DNA of 64,000 bases, taken from NCBI GenBank assembly GCA_037379345.1, contig CM074511.1, forward strand, positions 58,472,862-58,536,861, written 5' to 3'. Both the position numbers and the translations under genes were made by a program. The DNA comes from Perna viridis (taxonomy: Eukaryota). Shown here one piece after another: positions 61,701 to 64,000 of this stretch. Positions within the stretch are counted from its first letter, which is position 1, and each line of letters starts with the position of its first letter. The notes under the pieces were generated by a model. The model ran no database searches. It was not told the DNA's origin and was given only the letters and a program-made list of their open reading frames with translations.

Positions 61701-63846
61701 CGCCAAAATTTATCGAAAGAATCCCAGAAGTATTAATTGTTATAAAATTAAAAAGAATATTCCAAATAAGCAATTTTTACCAGAATCATACATACTGTAG
61801 GGATTTTGACACTGAAAAATGATAATTAAAGCGATTTTACGTTGGAGTTGAGGTACATTTCTTTCATTTCCCCCAAAAAGCATGAGTGTTACCGCATCTG
61901 TAAAACTTAGACATTGGATTACATGTTCATATCTAAGTTTGTTCAATTTGTTCACATGTTTTGATTTGTACAAATTTTTTCACAAGTGGGGTACAAATAT
62001 AGGCTTATACCGAAAAAGAATCCGAGAATATTCGTTGGCGACAAATTGATTAGGTAATGGGAGGTATAAAGGTACCTAAAAATCACCATGAAGTTGATGA
62101 GTGGGGATGCACGGTGGACCCTCTCATCCCATTAACTAATTTAGATCGAGAGGATAAGCAGTTTGATGTTTCTTTATCCATAAAATTTCGCAAACTTCCC
62201 TGAACAGGTGTATTATTTTCCTGTTCTGTTAATATCAGGGTCTTTTTTTCCAGACTCGGAGAATAATGAAATACTAATTGATGCAAAATAGTCATGGTTT
62301 TTTCCTTTACATTATCAGGTGTTTGGCCAACTATAACTGAATACAACAACTGAAGGTCTTGCTTTACTATAATACATTTAATTTGTTTGAAATATTTTCT
62401 CGTTCACATATTTTTTTTTGGCAAAATAGATAATAAAAAGAAGGAGGTGATTATAAAGACTTACCCTACAGAAACTGATCCCGTAGTTTGGCTTACTGTA
62501 GGGGACTCGCATCTAATGGTATACTGTCGATCGCTACCGGTGTGGACAAGTTCACTGGCCAAAGCTTTCACCTTTAATTTATACTGATCACCCTGCTAAA
62601 ATAAATCATGGTAAAAGTATCGTTAATAGATAAAAATACAAGATCTGTTAAAAAGTAAATTCAAAGAGACCTTGATAATAACGAGGAACCAGATACAATC
62701 CGGTACAAAAACAATACCAAAAAGTACCATAAATATCATAAATAAATAAAAAGAATAAACGATTAAAAACGATTAAAACTGCCTTGATAGGTACCTTTGA
62801 TAATCTCCGAAATTGGTAACAGACTAGAAAGTTATCTGTAGTCATCTTTGGTATGTCGTTCTTGGGTATATAAGTATGGAAACGCATCGTGAAACCTGTG
62901 GTCTATGGCAGAATGCCACGGATCTTATACTATAACCTTAGAAACAATTTGATGATGATGATGATAATTTTATTTCATTTATCTTTACAGGCAAAATATA
63001 CTTCAATCAACTGAATTTACAGCATACGTACATAAACAAGACCACAATCTGCCACCGGGCTGACTTGATGTTTAGAGGTAGTATTAACAGAAACACGCAG
63101 GTGATACAGGCCATGTGTGGAGTCGTACTCAGCAGCACAATCTTTCATGTCCACAGATGTTGATTGGTCATAAGCATACACATAGTTAATGCTGTCGTCC
63201 TTTTTGTCCAACTGGAAATCTATGTGTAAAATGTCACTGTTGTCTTTGTCAGCAAGACAGTAGTATCCGGCTATAATGAGGCAAAATGATATAAAATAGG
63301 AGAATTGATTCAGGTTTGCAGATCTACTATTTAAGCCCCATGATGCTTTTTGGCGCTAAAACCCGTCATGCTCCATGTAAAAAAATGGAAACTAAATTAT
63401 AAATCTCCTATGCAATTATATGAATAGAGGTTTTTTTTCTTCTTTCACAGATATAATTACAAATTCCATTATCAATGCGTGAATAAAGAAAACATTGAAG
63501 GCGATCTTAAATGTATGCAAACATATCTTACCAGAATGCTCGGCATGGGCTTTAATTACCTAGAAACAAAAGGAGAGTGTAAGTAATACGTGTACTTTAT
63601 CAATGGTCTTGCAAATTCCAACCTCAAATTTACATTTAGTCAACAAGCATCACATGACATTCGTACATTCTTGATTATTAAATTGAAAGCTTTTGAGATA
63701 GGTTGTTTAAGTTGAATGAGAGTTTGTATGACAACAGTTATCTGATGTGTGCTTATGCAATCAATCCAGAAAAAAATTTGCCCATTCATAAAGTGAATTT
63801 TACTCACCAGGAGTGTAAGCAATCCATAACTGAAGAGCTTAAAGTT
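46729..63846 (-). CDS. Zona pellucida (ZP-N/ZP-C) module type-I membrane glycoprotein; start codon exon not identified, probably beyond the window end
   Basis: Phase-consistent exons: 63846-63808, 63559-63532, 63270-63032, 62595-62465, 57478-57333, 50876-50777, 49773-49587, 48972-48864, 47434-47301, 46860-46729 (TAA). Signal peptide ..FKLFSYGLLTLLVIKA; four ZP-N Cys (YYC, KDC, DCG, IRC); ZP-C motifs RVGEKV, IIDENGCP and YCSTTECFQVTC; furin site RKRR/S; EHP-like TTTFQV; TM FAVVTTTLLLLIIIQVFIIAY. Confidence 0.88.
47530..48580 (+). mobile_element. Degenerate RTE-type LINE reverse transcriptase remnant in a ZP-gene intron
   Basis: Fragments REEYAVFRKGRECIDKI, KAFGRVHRDILWK, VRQGAIL, IGLRINA, ETVDDFTFLGSTIS, with stops and frameshifts. 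Confidence 0.7.
51496..51750. mobile_element. CAGGGGCG-TIR MITE with 5-bp TSD (GGCCC)
   Basis: caggggcgatccagg ... cctgaatccgctcctg, flanked on both sides by ggccc. Confidence 0.65.
52671..52795. repeat. ~65-bp direct repeat x2
   Basis: ttgagtccaa.ccc.ttgcttgtattgtgag.aaataaatatgttaaaactaaaaca occurs twice. Confidence 0.85.
52828..52984 (-). mobile_element. tRNA-Leu-derived SINE-like element with (TA)n tail
   Basis: TGGCCGAGTGGTCTAGGGCGCTGGACTTAG (A box; tRNA-Leu 5' half), B box GAGTTCGAGTCC, no acceptor or anticodon stem pairing; (AT)n at 52797-52827. Confidence 0.75.
53236..53429. mobile_element. Rearranged copy of the tRNA-derived element: minus-strand 3' half fused to a plus-strand 5' part
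   Basis: 53236-53317 is the reverse 3' half; 53318-53429 is the forward head with A and B boxes. Confidence 0.75.
53985..54228 (-). mobile_element. HINE-like fragment (same family as 28847-29916)
   Basis: tatgttctatttttagtaacgg block, (GAC)n microsatellite, degenerate ccaggtaaactt terminus. Confidence 0.6.
56015..56175. repeat. 21-bp degenerate repeats (ttattacgcgtaagtttcgcc-like)
   Basis: Related tracts at about 51160-51240 (opposite strand) and 54305-54370. Confidence 0.7.
56548..56876 (-). mobile_element. Penelope-like retroelement 3' fragment (family A)
   Basis: Near-identical reverse complement of about 15585-15890. Confidence 0.8.
57147..57240. repeat. ~43-bp direct repeat x2
   Basis: atatcgac...ggccat...gtgaatagaacacttaaaa occurs twice. 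Confidence 0.8.
57750..58480 (-). mobile_element. Penelope-like retroelement fragment (family B)
   Basis: Minus-strand translation RIYEKRDDFDFHIINFPFLVGDIPEISSYGIYFSPLVQFARICNKVSYFNERNRFLT at about 58190-58360; outer limits approximate. Confidence 0.75.
59700..61500. repeat. ~365-bp tandem satellite (3 units, third split by the PLE)
   Basis: gctcattagaaagcta at 59701 and 60065; ggctcaatttgaagcta at about 60432; unit resumes with gacactatata at 61191. Confidence 0.8.
60449..61190 (-). mobile_element. Penelope-like retroelement fragment (family A) inserted in a satellite unit
   Basis: FRYIDD, YPKELQIKDTT, TKLYDKRDDFSFRIVNFPF, FISQLI motifs on the minus strand; same 3' tail. Confidence 0.85.
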
Positions 63847-64000
63847 CTGAAATAAAAAAAAAGAATGAATTTGAAGTTCCGAGAGCCTACATTAAAAGTC
63901 TCCTTCTTCTTCTACTTCTTCAGGATTTAGAATGTGAAACCTCCCGGAACATGTGTGCTATGCCATTGTATTTATAATTAAATTTAAATATTTATAATAT

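Noticed and set aside
62083-62349. 88-aa minus-strand ORF in a ZP intron
   Set aside because: No recognisable domain, and it is not needed for phase continuity of the ZP gene

Overview
AT-rich, intron-containing animal DNA. The repeat types (Helentron-associated HINE-like elements, Penelope-like RT remnants) suggest a bivalve mollusc, but that is inference. Splicing by hand with GT-AG and phase consistency gives four genes. (1) On the minus strand, a PIDD1-like scaffold with 4 ankyrin repeats, ZU5, a second ZU5 with an intact HF/S autoproteolysis motif, UPA and two tandem death domains (ATG 10274, at least 862 aa, probably running off the left edge). (2) Head-to-head with it on the plus strand, a ~3,950-aa protein (11256-40012) with an N-terminal ubiquitin-like domain, several ankyrin blocks and a ~1,200-aa C-terminus containing a repeated unassigned 'I/V-D-x-x-S-F/L' module. 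(3) An intronless KLHL10-like BTB-BACK-Kelch gene nested antisense in intron 2 of the giant gene. (4) On the minus strand, a ZP-module type-I membrane protein with a furin site (46729 to beyond 63846). Introns and intergenic DNA carry PLE and RTE remnants, HINEs, TIR MITEs, a tRNA-Leu-derived SINE-like family that forms fold-backs, and mini/microsatellites. The best candidate for an undescribed system is the divergent pair of ankyrin-PIDD-like double-death-domain gene and giant Ubl-ankyrin gene, with a nested CUL3 adaptor. All gene models are manual and have no transcript support.
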